Origin: Calcarisporiella thermophila CBS 279.70
Lineage: Eukaryota; Fungi; Calcarisporiellomycota
Reading direction: 5' to 3'
DNA: 64,000 nucleotides
NCBI RefSeq assembly: GCF_041956535.1
Contig: NW_027192192.1
Coordinates: forward strand, 333,247-397,246
In this document: positions 29,101-40,688 of the stretch, piece by piece
Numbering within the stretch: position 1 is the first letter of the stretch
How the letters are laid out: every line of letters starts with the position of its first letter
Notes under the pieces: model-generated
What the model was told of the DNA's origin: nothing
Seen by the model: only the letters and a program-made list of their open reading frames with translations
Database searches by the model: none
Program-made: the position numbers and the translations under genes

Positions 29101-31557
29101 ATGGAGGTTCATCGGTGCCGGTTTGTAGATTATACCCCGGCATCCATTAATGCACTCGCCTTTTCACCTCCGTCTGCCACTGACTGCCAGGGCACTACGG
29201 CTCGCACATTACTGGCCTGCGCAAGATCGAATGGTGATATTGAAATATGGAACCCCAAAGACGAGTGGAATCTTGAAAAGATTATTCCTGGAGGAAGTAA
29301 CATGTCCATTGAGGCACTTACTTGGGTACACCAGACAGTGCTGACAGATGCAGAGGATTACGACGATCCTAGAGAACTTAAAGCAGCTCTTAAGGAGCTT
29401 GCCTCTGAATCTCCACGTCTGTTCTCCGCCGGCCTCAATTCCATCATAACCGAATGGGATCTGGATACTATGACTTCACTTCGATCCATCGATTCTCACG
29501 GAGGCGCTGTGTGGTGCATGGCTACGAATCACTCGGGCACCTTTATAGCAATCGGATGCGAGGATGGATGCGTACGACTCTTCAATGTATCGGACGGTGG
29601 GCTGGAATTTACCAAGAGTTTTGACAAGCAAAAGGGACGGATTCTTTCGATTGCTTGGTCAGCAGACGACAAATACATTATTACGGGCTCATCGGATAGC
29701 AGTCTCCGTAAGTGGGACGTATCTCAGGGCCGAGTTGTTTCTAGGATGACCGTGGACCGGGTGCGAGGCGAGGACACTATAGTATGGGCGGTGAATGTGT
29801 TGCCGGATGGCACCATTGTTAGCGGTGACTCGCTGGGGCATGTAAAATTCTGGGATGGAAATCTGGGCACCATGAAACACACCTTCAATGCCCATGGTGC
29901 GGATGTGCTCTGCATGGCGGCAATGCGTGACGGTTCAACCGTTTATACGTCTGGCGTGGACCGAAAAGTGAATCAGTTTAAATTGGTGGAGAGTCAAATG
30001 AGAAAGCGAAAGACTGACGGCGGCGATGAGGCCAACGTCAAAAGCCGTTGGGTGCTCACTGGGAGCCGCCGCTATCACTCTCATGATGTTCGGGCGATGG
30101 CACTGGAAGAAAACCGCCCGGTCAATGCGCTGGTGACGGGAGGCGTCGACCTGTCGCTCGTGGTTTGCCCAGCTGCTGAATTCCCCAACATCAACCAGCG
30201 CCGGCTTCCTATATTCCCACAAAAGCCCCTTCTTTCGATGTCGCGATCGGAGCGATTAGTTTTGTGTCGATTCCAGAATTCTCTCAAGTTATGGCGAATG
30301 GGCCAGTCCTCACCCCCCGAGGATCCGTATTGGCAGATGAAAGTTGGCTCGCAGCTCCGCCTCCTGCAGCCTCAGCAAGCGCTTGCTGAGCTTTCGCTTA
30401 AAAACGACTGCAATCTCATAGCCAGTGCTCTTTCTGAGAATGGCCGCTGGATTGCGGCTGCAACGGTTGAGGAAGTGAAGCTATTCCACCTGCAGTATAA
30501 TGAGCACAACCAGGTCAGCGTGCAGAAAGTGCGCAGCCTCCCCAACCTCTCTGGTCCGGACGCAGAAACCATGGGTGCACACCAGCTCCTTTTCACGCCG
30601 GACAGTACGAAGCTAATTGTGGCCAGCCTGGACTCCACCGTGGCCATTCTCGATCTCAGCCAGTGGCCCGGCGAAATCAAGGTGCTGCGACGGTTTGGGC
30701 AGCACCAGGGGACAGGGGACGGCGGGGAGAGCGAGCAGGGGAAGCCGTCCTCCGTCATTTCGCTGGCCGTCAGCGCGGATGGCCAGTGGATGGCGACCGG
30801 GGATCTGCTGAATCGCGTGCACGTGTTTAACCTTGACACGTTGCAGCACCACTTGACCCTTCCGCGCTACGGCTCGACGCATACCGCGCTGAGCTTCCAC
30901 CCATACAAGCCCAACACGCTCGTGGTAGCGCTTGCGAATAATGAGCTTTATCTGCATGATCTTGAGACGCGGAAGCTCACCGATTGGTCTCGTCGCTGCT
31001 CACACCGCCTTCCTCGCAAGTTCCTCCGGCTCCGTGATAAGATTGTTGGGATCGCTTACAACCCCGCGCGACCATCCACCCTGATGGCATGGGGGGCCAC
31101 GTTCATGTGCCAGGTCGATCTCGATCGAGACGTGGGCGACCGCAACTCGGAAATCAACGTGATCAAGCGGAAGCGGATGGAAATGGCCGGCAAGCGGAGG
31201 GAGGAAAAGAATCGGAAGGCAAAGGGGGGAAACAAGGTAAAGAGGAATAGGCCGGAGACTTCGGGGGATGAGGGGGCGAGGATGGAGGTGGACGCGGCCG
31301 GGGATGCTGCGGGGGAGAAAATGGAGACGAGCGAGGGCGAGGGGAAGGCTGACTCGAAGGTGGGCAGGGAGGGGTATGAGGGCGAAGAGGAGGGGGAGGA
31401 GGAAGACATCCATAATTTCCGACTTTTACACAAGTACCAGCCGCTGTTGTTCCTTGATTTCCTCTCGGGCGAATCGCTCGTTGTGATCGAGCGGCCCTTC
31501 TTTGATATCTTGGAGAAGCTTCCGCCCTCGTTCTACCGGGCGAAGTATGGCACATAG
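29101..31557 (+). CDS. UTP4: U3 snoRNP WD40 protein Utp4, intronless
   Basis: MEVHRCRFVDYTPASINALAF, WD40 repeats, HSHDVR and C-terminal LVVIERP...LPPSFYRAKYGT. Confidence 0.93.
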   Translation: MEVHRCRFVDYTPASINALAFSPPSATDCQGTTARTLLACARSNGDIEIWNPKDEWNLEKIIPGGSNMSIEALTWVHQTVLTDAEDYDDPRELKAALKELASESPRLFSAGLNSIITEWDLDTMTSLRSIDSHGGAVWCMATNHSGTFIAIGCEDGCVRLFNVSDGGLEFTKSFDKQKGRILSIAWSADDKYIITGSSDSSLRKWDVSQGRVVSRMTVDRVRGEDTIVWAVNVLPDGTIVSGDSLGHVKFWDGNLGTMKHTFNAHGADVLCMAAMRDGSTVYTSGVDRKVNQFKLVESQMRKRKTDGGDEANVKSRWVLTGSRRYHSHDVRAMALEENRPVNALVTGGVDLSLVVCPAAEFPNINQRRLPIFPQKPLLSMSRSERLVLCRFQNSLKLWRMGQSSPPEDPYWQMKVGSQLRLLQPQQALAELSLKNDCNLIASALSENGRWIAAATVEEVKLFHLQYNEHNQVSVQKVRSLPNLSGPDAETMGAHQLLFTPDSTKLIVASLDSTVAILDLSQWPGEIKVLRRFGQHQGTGDGGESEQGKPSSVISLAVSADGQWMATGDLLNRVHVFNLDTLQHHLTLPRYGSTHTALSFHPYKPNTLVVALANNELYLHDLETRKLTDWSRRCSHRLPRKFLRLRDKIVGIAYNPARPSTLMAWGATFMCQVDLDRDVGDRNSEINVIKRKRMEMAGKRREEKNRKAKGGNKVKRNRPETSGDEGARMEVDAAGDAAGEKMETSEGEGKADSKVGREGYEGEEEGEEEDIHNFRLLHKYQPLLFLDFLSGESLVVIERPFFDILEKLPPSFYRAKYGT

Positions 31558-31789
31558 ACCGCTTTTTTTTTTCATCTTTGCTTTTCAAATATTTCCCCCC
31601 TTTTATTTCCTTTTCCTTCCAAAACAAGGCTTCGCCGTTTCTTTTTTTTTTCGTATTCCTTTCAATTCTTGCTGACTCTTGTTATTATATATAAATTCGA
31701 GTTTCTCTTTACACCCTCCCCAATAAATGAACACTTAATTTTATTAACAGAAGCGACGGATGAAGTTGGCAGGATGAGGAGGAATGAAT

Positions 31790-32833
31790 TCAAGTGCGGC
31801 GGATATGGTTGAATCTTGGCAGGATCTGTCCAAGGGGAAGGTTTGCAGAGCATGAGCCATTGGGACGGGTTCACAAACAGGTCCGCTGCTCAGCTTACCT
31901 CTCGCAGATACTCCAGGTGTCGAGCTTGCAGGCTGGTCTGAGTCTGATGGCCAACAGGAGGATGAGAAAACAGTGGGCAACGAGATTTCCCTCTGCAAGA
32001 GGGTACTCACCGAACTCAGTGCGCTTTGGGAGCGCCTCTGCCTCTCGTGCCCATAGATGACGGTGTTGTCGGGCAAAACCTCGTTCGCTTCTGTGGAACA
32101 GGCCGTTCCAACCACGCAGTTATTCCCAATTTTAGTTGCCCCGAGAACCTTGGCTAAGAATGATAGGCTGAATCAATCCGGCCCAGCGAGGGTCAATCAG
32201 CACCGAGGAACTTACCAAGCGGCTCAAAGGTGTTTCGATTCCCAATCCGCTCACCCTCGATATCTACAAACAAAACGAGAAGAAAGATAAGGAGACGAAG
32301 AGAGGGCCAGCACGGCACATGGATGGGTGTATAAGCATCGATACACTCAAACACGTGCACCACTATGGATATATACAGCATCTGACTTCGAATATGTTCT
32401 CATCCCCGATGACGAGGGGCTCGGGCCGTCTAGAATCCAAGCGACAAAGGGGGATCAGTAGGGGCGCCATCGATGCATTGCAGGGGGCATACTTATTGAC
32501 GATGGTCACTTCCTCCTCGATGATGTTGCCAGCCCCGATCACAATAGGGCCGGTCTCCGCGTGAATGTGACATTTTGGGTGAAGAACAGTACCTAATGGG
32601 GGATGGTTCAGCTTAGTCATCGTGGCTGAATGGCAAGAAAAGGAAATTGGTGGTGGTGATAGGGTTACCGGATCCTATTTTCCCATCGGACAGGCCAAAG
32701 ATGACGAAGAGGATTAGGGGGGGGAGGATGGGGGCTATCACACAGATGACTTGCCTATGGCGACGTCGCCGCGGATGTCGGTGTCCTGGCACACCAGCGC
32801 GCGGTCGCCGATCGAGATGTGCGTGCGTGACAT
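31790..32833 (-). CDS. DCTN6: Dynactin subunit p27 (left-handed beta-helix), 8 exons including a 6-nt microexon
   Basis: [44 protein letters not shown]...LPDNTVIYG...HLEYLRE|ILPRFNH. Confidence 0.9.
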
Positions 32834-33792
32834 GGGACGCGTTGAGAGCCAGAGGAAGGGCGGTTTCAGTTGAGGGAGAGACCGTGACTTGCTTAAGCTC
32901 GGTAAACACCGCTTCAATCACAAATCGAGGATATTAGGCGAGGATCCCGGCGGGGGGAGGCAAAGCAATTTGCCAGATTTCTTGCGAACACAACAGAACC
33001 TCTTCGTAGCTTGGAAAGCGGCCTGCCTTTTCGCTTGGGTGGGGCTCTGCGGTTCCATGCCAGCGACGCAAGCGTCGCTAACAAACATTCTCCACCCAAT
33101 GCAAAACTCGCGGGCCCCACGGGAGGGTGCTAGCCTCGCGCGCTCTCTCGCCCAAACATTTCCCGCGCCCGATTAGGCAGCGGGCTGCGCCTCGAGGCCG
33201 GGGTGACGCAAACAACCGAGAAGGTCATTTTGGCCGCTTTTTATTGTTTTGACGGCAGGCAATGCATTGCGATTACGTGAGGGCAGCTTGGTTGGGCAGG
33301 TTAGCAATGCAGCGCATTAGATAAGGATGCACCGGGAGAGGGCAGCGGCAGGGGGTGCGGGCGAGCCAGCGCTGGCGAGCGGGCCCGCGGGGCAAGGCTT
33401 CCTGGTTTCGTTATATTAGCAATAAAAAAACAGAATATTTATGCTATGCTAACCCCCCCCCCTTTCCTCCCTCTGCCCTCTCCTTCCGCCCTTTCCCCTT
33501 TTCCCCTTTTCCCGCCCGCGCTCGTTCCAAAGGAGAACAGGCAGCCCAAAAAAATATCCGTCCCGGACAAAGCTTTTTTCTGCCCCCTTCGCCCCTCGCT
33601 TGCCCTTTGCAAACAAAGAGTATTACGCTACCTCGCACCGGCATACACCCAACCCTATTTCTTTAAAAAAGCCCCCGCCCGGCCAAAAGCAATGATCTTC
33701 CATCGCTCTCCCATCGCATAACTTCCCTCTCTCATCCCTTTCATTTGCGCCCTGCATTTTCTTCAACAGAAAGCCCCGCCATCCCCGCCGCC

Positions 33793-35648
33793 ATGCAAGC
33801 CCATCCCCTGGCCGCCAGCGTAAGTAATCCCTCCCCCCGCCCCATCCAATCAATGCGGCGATCATGCTAACCCCCCCCCCCCCGCCATGCCGTAGATGGA
33901 GCCCTTCTACGCCCGCCTGATCCCCCTCACATTCTCCTCCGCCAAGGAGGCCACGGATTATTGCCGACAGCTTGCGAGGCAGTTTGGGTTCACCGTCAAG
34001 CAAGAAACAAGCTCAAATAAGGTATTTTAACAGCACTTTGTACGAATATTACGGTTGCGTCACCCAAGCTTATTTGGGCCCCCGGCAAATAAGGAGGGGC
34101 CGCCCGCGGACAGCCTATTCCAAACACTAACCCTGTATATCCTGATCCCGCTAGAACGTCTATCTCTACTGCTCACGTGAAGGCTTGCCCGATTCGGTCC
34201 GCAACAACAAGGAGGTCAAGCGGAAGCGCTCGTCGCTGCGCTGCGACTGCAAGTGGCGGGTCGTGCTCTTCGAGAACAACCAGGGCCGCTGGGAGTTCCG
34301 CAAGTCCATGAACCCCCAGGCCTCCGAGCACAACCACGAGCTGCTGCCGCCCGAGAACCTCCCGCAGCCCTGGCCGCCCGAGGTCGTCGAGCGCATCGCC
34401 TTCCACGCCCGCCGCAACCTGCCCACACACGAGATCCGCCGCTACATCCAGCACGAGTTCCCCGCCATCACCTGGGACGAGCGCCGCTTCTACAACCGCC
34501 TCTCCGAGGAGCGCAAGCGCATCAAGACCCGCGAGACCGAGCAGCGGGTCAACAACATCATCCGCCTCGCCGCCCGGGTGTGCAGCGTGAGCTGCGGCGA
34601 CCAGACCATGGCCAACTACGTCGTGGGCAAGCTGGAGGCGCTCCTGCTGGAGCTCTGCGAGCAGCTCAAGCTCGACCCCAACCTCGGCGGCCCCATCGCC
34701 GCCCTCTCCTCCCTGTCGTCCGCCCCTTTCGCAGAGCCCTCGGATACCACGGTGGCGGCAGCCGTTGCGCACCACCAGCAGCACCAGCAATCCCTGTCGG
34801 CGCAACTCCATTCTCCTCAACAGGAGCATATATCTCGCCCTCAGCAGCACCAGCAACCATTCTTCTCCGCACCCTCCACATACACAAGTCTGTCCCCCCC
34901 GTTACCCCCGCGCCGATTCTCCTTCCAGCCCCCGCAGCCCTCCTCGCCTATCGCCTCTCCATCCTCCGCCTCCTCGCCCTCCTCCGTCTCCTCCGCCCCA
35001 ACCTCAGTCCAGGTCGGCGTCCCGACCTCCACCCTCCTCATCTCCGCGTCACCCCAGACCTCCTCCGATTACATCGTCACGGTCCCCTCCTTCCAAATCG
35101 CAGTCAAAAGTGTTCCCGGGCAAAAGGGGCGCCCGGCCAATGCAAAGAAGATTGCGCACCGCGCCGAGTCCGTCATCGCCCCGCCGCCTCCTCCCCCACC
35201 GCCGCCGCCGCCACCGCCACAGCAGCCTCCGTCACACCGGATACCTTCATCGAGCGTGGGGCTTCCTCCGGATTTAATGCCTCCCACCGTCCAGCAGACC
35301 GCTATGCCTCTTCATGCCTCGCCTCCTCCATATCCATTCCCCAGTCACCAGCAGCAGGGCTTCTACGCTTTTCAACCCCCGCAGGAGTATATCCCCTCGC
35401 AAACCGCCACCGGATATTATGCCACCCCTCCTTTTCCGACGTATGGTTTCGGCGGCCAGGGAAGCGGACAAACGCAACCGCATCATTACCATGTCGCCAC
35501 CGGGGCCTATCCTCTTGCTGCCCCCAGCGGGCCGGCCGCTCACCCCGGTGCCGGCGGAAATGCGGGCGCAGGCGGAGGGAATGCTGGTGGGCAGGGGAAC
35601 GATAATAATACTGGAGAGGGTCAAGGAGGAATGTCGAATTTCGGATAG
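33793..35648 (+). CDS. FAR1/AFT-type (WRKY-GCM1 fold) DNA-binding protein with Pro/Gln-rich tail, 3 exons
   Basis: TFSSAKEATDYCRQLARQFGFTVK|..YLYCSREG...RCDCKW...HNH. First intron is 33820-33895; second is about 34022-34154. Confidence 0.8.
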
Positions 35649-36440
35649 AATATATTATTTATATTTGGAGAAGAGAATTTTAGGACATAACGCTCTCTTA
35701 GATATTTTTTTTTTGCATTCAGTGTTTTCCCCAGGTTTCCCCCTTTTATTTTTGTCTTTCTTTTTTTTTGGGCATAGAAGGTCTCTTTTTTTTTTACAAT
35801 TTCCCCTTTGTTTATGTACCCTTTGTGTACTCTTGTATTTTTCCTTTTTTTACAATCTTTTTTTCGTATATAGAATTTAATTTTATTAGTTTTAGTTTCA
35901 AGTTAGTATAAGCTTTAATTCTTCAGTTATTACCGTTGTAAGTTTCTCCCTTTCTCTCCTTTGGTCTTGCTCTTGGGTTTTACAAGTTTTCTAAAATAAT
36001 TAGTATAGTTATATTGTTTCATTCTTCGATTCTAAAACGGCATATTAAAATGGTACCATACATTAATTGTGTACCAAGGACTCTCCCTCCCCCCGAAGTA
36101 TAATTGGAATTATTATATTTGGTGTTTTTCAAGCCAATTTTATGTTGAATTCGTGATCATTGAAAAATTTCGAACCAATAAAAAAATTGAAAAAATTAAA
36201 AAAACCAAAAAAATTTTCTTTTATAATTTTTATTTTTTTCAATTTTATATTTAAATTATACCCAATTGTTTTTAAATTTATTTCAATTTTATATTCTGTC
36301 ACATATTCTGAGTGGAATACCTTCAGGAACTATCTGATTTATTTAAAAGATATATTATATAAGACATTATATATAAGGAAAATCTACAGTTTATCAGATG
36401 AGGCAGCAAAAAGAGGAATATAATAAATATCATTCTATAT

Positions 36441-37295
36441 TCAGGTGACCAGCTCGGTTGAATTTCTTCTCCAGCCATCCAAATCAACCTCTCGCTGCAT
36501 CGATGCAAATACCTCCGCAACAATTGTATCTTGTTCGATAAGAAACTCTCCTATGTCTCCAAGTGCTCGCATAATCGTGCGTAATATGTGTACCGGAATA
36601 CTATATAGTTATCCACAGCCATGTTTATTGGTCAGCAGAGCAGTTTGTTTGAAGGTGGAAGAATTGAGCCTTACCCAGAGGGGCCGGAATGATCTAAATC
36701 ATGGAGCCTCCAAGAATCTAGTGCCGAATTGTTATGCAAGCTGTTTTCTTTTTGCAAAATATCTGTGGTATACTCCTACACAATAAAAAGATTAGCTTCG
36801 AATCTGAAACCTGCAAAATTCTTAGGAGGATCGTACTATGTCAGATAAGTCTATGTTATGCACGTCGATAACTTCGTTACAGATACCCCTCCATAACGCA
36901 GCAATTTTTCTCAAGTTTAATATCAAGCCATTCCTTTTTCCTTCTCCGCCCGAAATCATTTCCTGCTGTAACATTTCAAGGGAAAACTCGTTATCCTCTC
37001 CATTGCCGAAAAATCCTGTGCCATCGTGGGAGGGCATAATACTTTGTGTCATAATATGATCCCAGTCTGCTTCGGTGTCGCTAAGAGATTGCACGCAGGA
37101 CGAAGAAGAATTTAAAGTAGTGGGAGAATACGGGAAGACGGAAGGGCGCGGGGAGAGGACATGCCATTCATCATCACTGGAGTGGGAAGTGTACGAAAGT
37201 TTGCGTGCGACCACCCACTCTGCAATAGACTGGTCGTCGTCGTTCGACTGAGAAGGGCGGCGCCACGATATATGTTGTTTATAAGAAGTGGCCAT
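36441..37295 (-). CDS. Hypothetical acidic protein with AIM/LIR-like motifs; 3' exon structure approximate
   Basis: ORF begins MATSYKQ. GT/AG-bounded downstream exons end ...NSTELVT*. Confidence 0.6.
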
Positions 37296-37865
37296 CTTAT
37301 GTTTAGAAACCAGCGGGAAGAGACAAGGGAGCAAGTGTCTTAGTTCTAGGGAGGGCGACTAAATAAATTTCATTCCAAGTTATCTGTTCCTCAGCCCACT
37401 TAGATAGTGGTCAGGTGAGTGGACGAGGGATTTCCTAATATTTTGACAGGATGATGACTGTGCTACGTTTGCACCCGATTGTATTTCGGCTATCCATCTT
37501 TGAAAAATTTCCGCACAAATCAACTTACCTATCGATTTACCTATCAAATCCATATACCTCTTCTACGATGCTTATCAAAACAGCAATTCCTCTGCTCCTT
37601 TTGAGCTGAAATTTTTGATATCGGTGTTGCTAAAGCCAATCTCTCCAGTATTTACCACTCGGTCAGGACACTGCCATAAAGATAATTCAGAACTTGCGCA
37701 CAAGGCACGTAAACTGATATCTTGGTCGACTGATGAGTTTCAGAAATAGTTTCAGCTGTGACGCAATCGCAAATATTACCCTAAAATTGCGAGGATAATT
37801 TCGCGTTTTTCGATTTTTTTTTTTTTCATAGCATTTTATTAGCCTCACATTTATTCTCGTCGATA

Positions 37866-38804
37866 ATGGATGACGATGATATCTATGACGACGCGTCCTC
37901 CACTTCCACACCCACGTCTTCTACTAGAGACACCGAATTGAATGGCCTATTAAAACGCGAAACCGAGCTTCGTCTTCAAATCGATGCTCTTGCAGAAGAA
38001 ATCTCAGCGCTTGAATCTAAACTCCAGGCCTCCGATGATGCCGAGATTGCCTCCGGAGACGATTATGCAAGCGAAGATTTTGAGGAGGATATGGAGGAGT
38101 TTGAAGCGCCGGAGTGGTGCGTACCAATAAAAGCCAATGTTATGAATTTTGAGTGGGAGAAACTAGCAAACGAAGTCCAATTTGACGTGATTCTGATGGA
38201 TCCACCGTGGCAGTTGGCTACACATGCTCCGACTCGAGGAGTATGTAATAAATTTTTTTCCGTCCGCCCCTTTCTTCACTAACTCGTGTCTTTATTAGGT
38301 TGCCATCGCTTACCAGCAACTTCCTGATGTTTGTATCGAGGAAATACCTATTCCCTCTCTCTCGAAAAATGGCTTCATCTTCATCTGGGTCATAAACAAT
38401 AAGTACGCGAAGGCTTTTGAGCTTATGGAAAAATGGGGTTACACATATGTCGATGATATCACTTGGGTAAAGCAAACCGTCAATCGTCGCATGGCAAAGG
38501 GCCATGGCTATTATCTGCAACATGCAAAGGAAACTTGTCTCGTTGGAAAAAAGGGAGAAGATCCACCAGGTTGCCGTCATTCAGTTGGTAGCGATGTGAT
38601 TTTTTCCGTCCGCAGAGGCCAGAGTCAGAAACCTGAAGAGCTATATGAGATGATTGAGGAGCTGGTTCCAAATGGTAAGCTCATAGTAACATATTCAGAG
38701 ACAATTGTTATTCACCCTTTTGCTTTTTAGGCAAATATCTTGAGATCTTTGGGAGGAAAAATAATTTAAGAGATTGGTGGATAACTGTGGGTAATGAGCT
38801 TTAA
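37866..38804 (+). CDS. MTA1: MT-A70 family N6-adenine methyltransferase, MTA1/AMT1 clade, 3 exons
   Basis: Catalytic DPPW, MAKGHGYYLQHAKETCLVGKKG, QSQKPEE and YLEIFGRKNNL...GNEL. Confidence 0.88.
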
Positions 38805-38938
38805 TAAATTATATAAAGGTTATCAATCCAGACAATTTAAATAAAACCAACAAGGAGCAGCGACATAGTATCACATCAACTCATCCAGTGAGTGATATTC
38901 TTTTCAACCATCTGCTGCACATGAAATATCTATTATCA

Positions 38939-39451
38939 TTATATTTTCTTGTAGTATGAAACTTTTCCATAATATTGTCTCCCCGTGCCCTTGATAATAG
39001 GCGAGACAAGGACAAACTTTTGCGCTTCCAACCATTTCACCATAGAAGGGAATTTTTCTGGCAAGGTGTTAACTGTTACCAGACCTTTGTATCCTCTCAC
39101 TGTGTGCTCAAATAACTTTGTAAAAACCCTTTTGCTTCTCCATTCCTCCTTCACACCAGCAAGCCAGATATGTAAAGATTTAGACTCTCCTTCAAATTGC
39201 TCTCCATCTGGGAAGTTTATAGTATATGAAAACACAAATCCAATTGGAATTTCATTCGAATTAAGTGCAACCACTACGGTTCCATTATATTCAGAGAGTC
39301 GACGTTGCCATTCAGCAATTCCGTTGCTTGATTCCAAATTATTAGAGCTTGCGTTAAAAATTTGATTGTAAAGACGGAATGGAATGCTGAGCGGAAGTGT
39401 ATACGCTTGCGCAGTGATCCTATAGATAGTGAAGGTCGAATCGGGATGCAT
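38939..39451 (-). CDS. GNAT-family acetyltransferase, intronless
   Basis: IGFVFSY...LHIWLAGVKEEWRSKRVFTKL resembles GNAT motif A. Confidence 0.7.
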   Translation of the reverse strand: MHPDSTFTIYRITAQAYTLPLSIPFRLYNQIFNASSNNLESSNGIAEWQRRLSEYNGTVVVALNSNEIPIGFVFSYTINFPDGEQFEGESKSLHIWLAGVKEEWRSKRVFTKLFEHTVRGYKGLVTVNTLPEKFPSMVKWLEAQKFVLVSPIIKGTGRQYYGKVSYYKKI

Positions 39452-39616
39452 CGAAACTTATTTTTGTAGAGAGTAATTTAGACAAGAGTATACCATAAAA
39501 TTATAGGCACATGTGGCGCAGCTTTAGTCAAAGATGATTTGTAAACAAAAATCTTTCATTTTCTTCGTCCGCGTCTGAATTGATCTCTCGTATATAATAA
39601 AAAAATTGGATCGAAA

Positions 39617-40581
39617 ATGTCACTAGATTCAGGTCTTTCCCTCCTGCATCTCAATCTACCCACTCTTCAATTAGGTGGCCGCTCTTCTTCTTCAGTACGC
39701 ACCACAGTAAATCCTGTTGTTTTCTTCACGATTCTCGATCACTACCTTCGTCGAAATGACAACCAAGAGCGAGTGATCGGGACACTTTTGGGCGTCCGCT
39801 CAGAAGATGGATCTGAGGTTGAGATCCGTAACTGCTTCCCAATCCCTCATAAGGAATCACCAGATCAAGTGGAAGTGGATATGGAATATCATCACACAAT
39901 GTACGAGCTCCATCATAAAGTTAATCCAAAAGAAGTTATTGTTGGATGGTATGCGACGGGTGCAGATTTAAATTCATACTCGGCCCTGATTCAGGACTTT
40001 TACAATCGGCAATGTGCACCCTTCCCTGCAGTGCATCTAACTTTGGATACCGAGCTTAAGAAAGAGCGTGTCGGTGTGAAGGCTTATGTCAGTGCGCCAG
40101 TGGGCGTTGGGTCTAAACCGGAAAACTGCCTGTTTCTACCCGTACCAACCGATGTGAAATATTTTGAAGCTGAACGTGCTGGATGTAAGCTCTAACTATA
40201 TGAAGTTTTTGCGAGAATATTTTTCTAACTATGGTATCTTTTCTGATAGTGAATATCCTTGCTATGGCGAAGAACACTCCTGATCGTACCGCATCTCTCC
40301 TTTCAGACATGGATAGCCTTGAGCAGGCTGTACTACAGCTTCAGGAAATGCTTGAGCGTGTAAGCGAGTATGTGTCTCGCGTTATTTCGAATGAAGTGCA
40401 AGGAAACGACACAGTTGGGCGCTTCCTTATGGATGCTGTTGCTTCAGTGCCGCGCGTGGATGCTGAGGCATTTGAGAAAATGTTCAACAGTCATCTACAA
40501 GATGTGCTAATGGTGATTTATTTGGCAAATATGACACGGACGCAGCTGGCTATTGCGCAGCGATTGCAACCATTGGTTTAA
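39617..40581 (+). CDS. eIF3f: Translation initiation factor eIF3 subunit f (MPN domain), 2 exons
   Basis: ILDHYLRR...RVIGTLLG, EVIVGWYATG and FNSHLQDVLMVIYLANMTRTQL. Confidence 0.95.
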
Positions 40582-40688
40582 CATTTTTCTTGCTTTATGG
40601 TTTTTAATAAATCTTGTTTCATTGTTTATTCTTTCAGAGATAAAATATAAGATAAAATACTCCGCAAACATGATGCTTTTGTTAATTG

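Noticed and set aside
34173-35605. Long overlapping ORFs (450 aa on +, 227 aa on -) across the FAR1-type gene, and similar shadow ORFs over UTP4
   Set aside because: Expected by-products of very high GC3 depleting stop codons.
36160-36260. A-rich/T-rich imperfect inverted repeat as a MITE
   Set aside because: Low complexity, with no clear termini or TSD.
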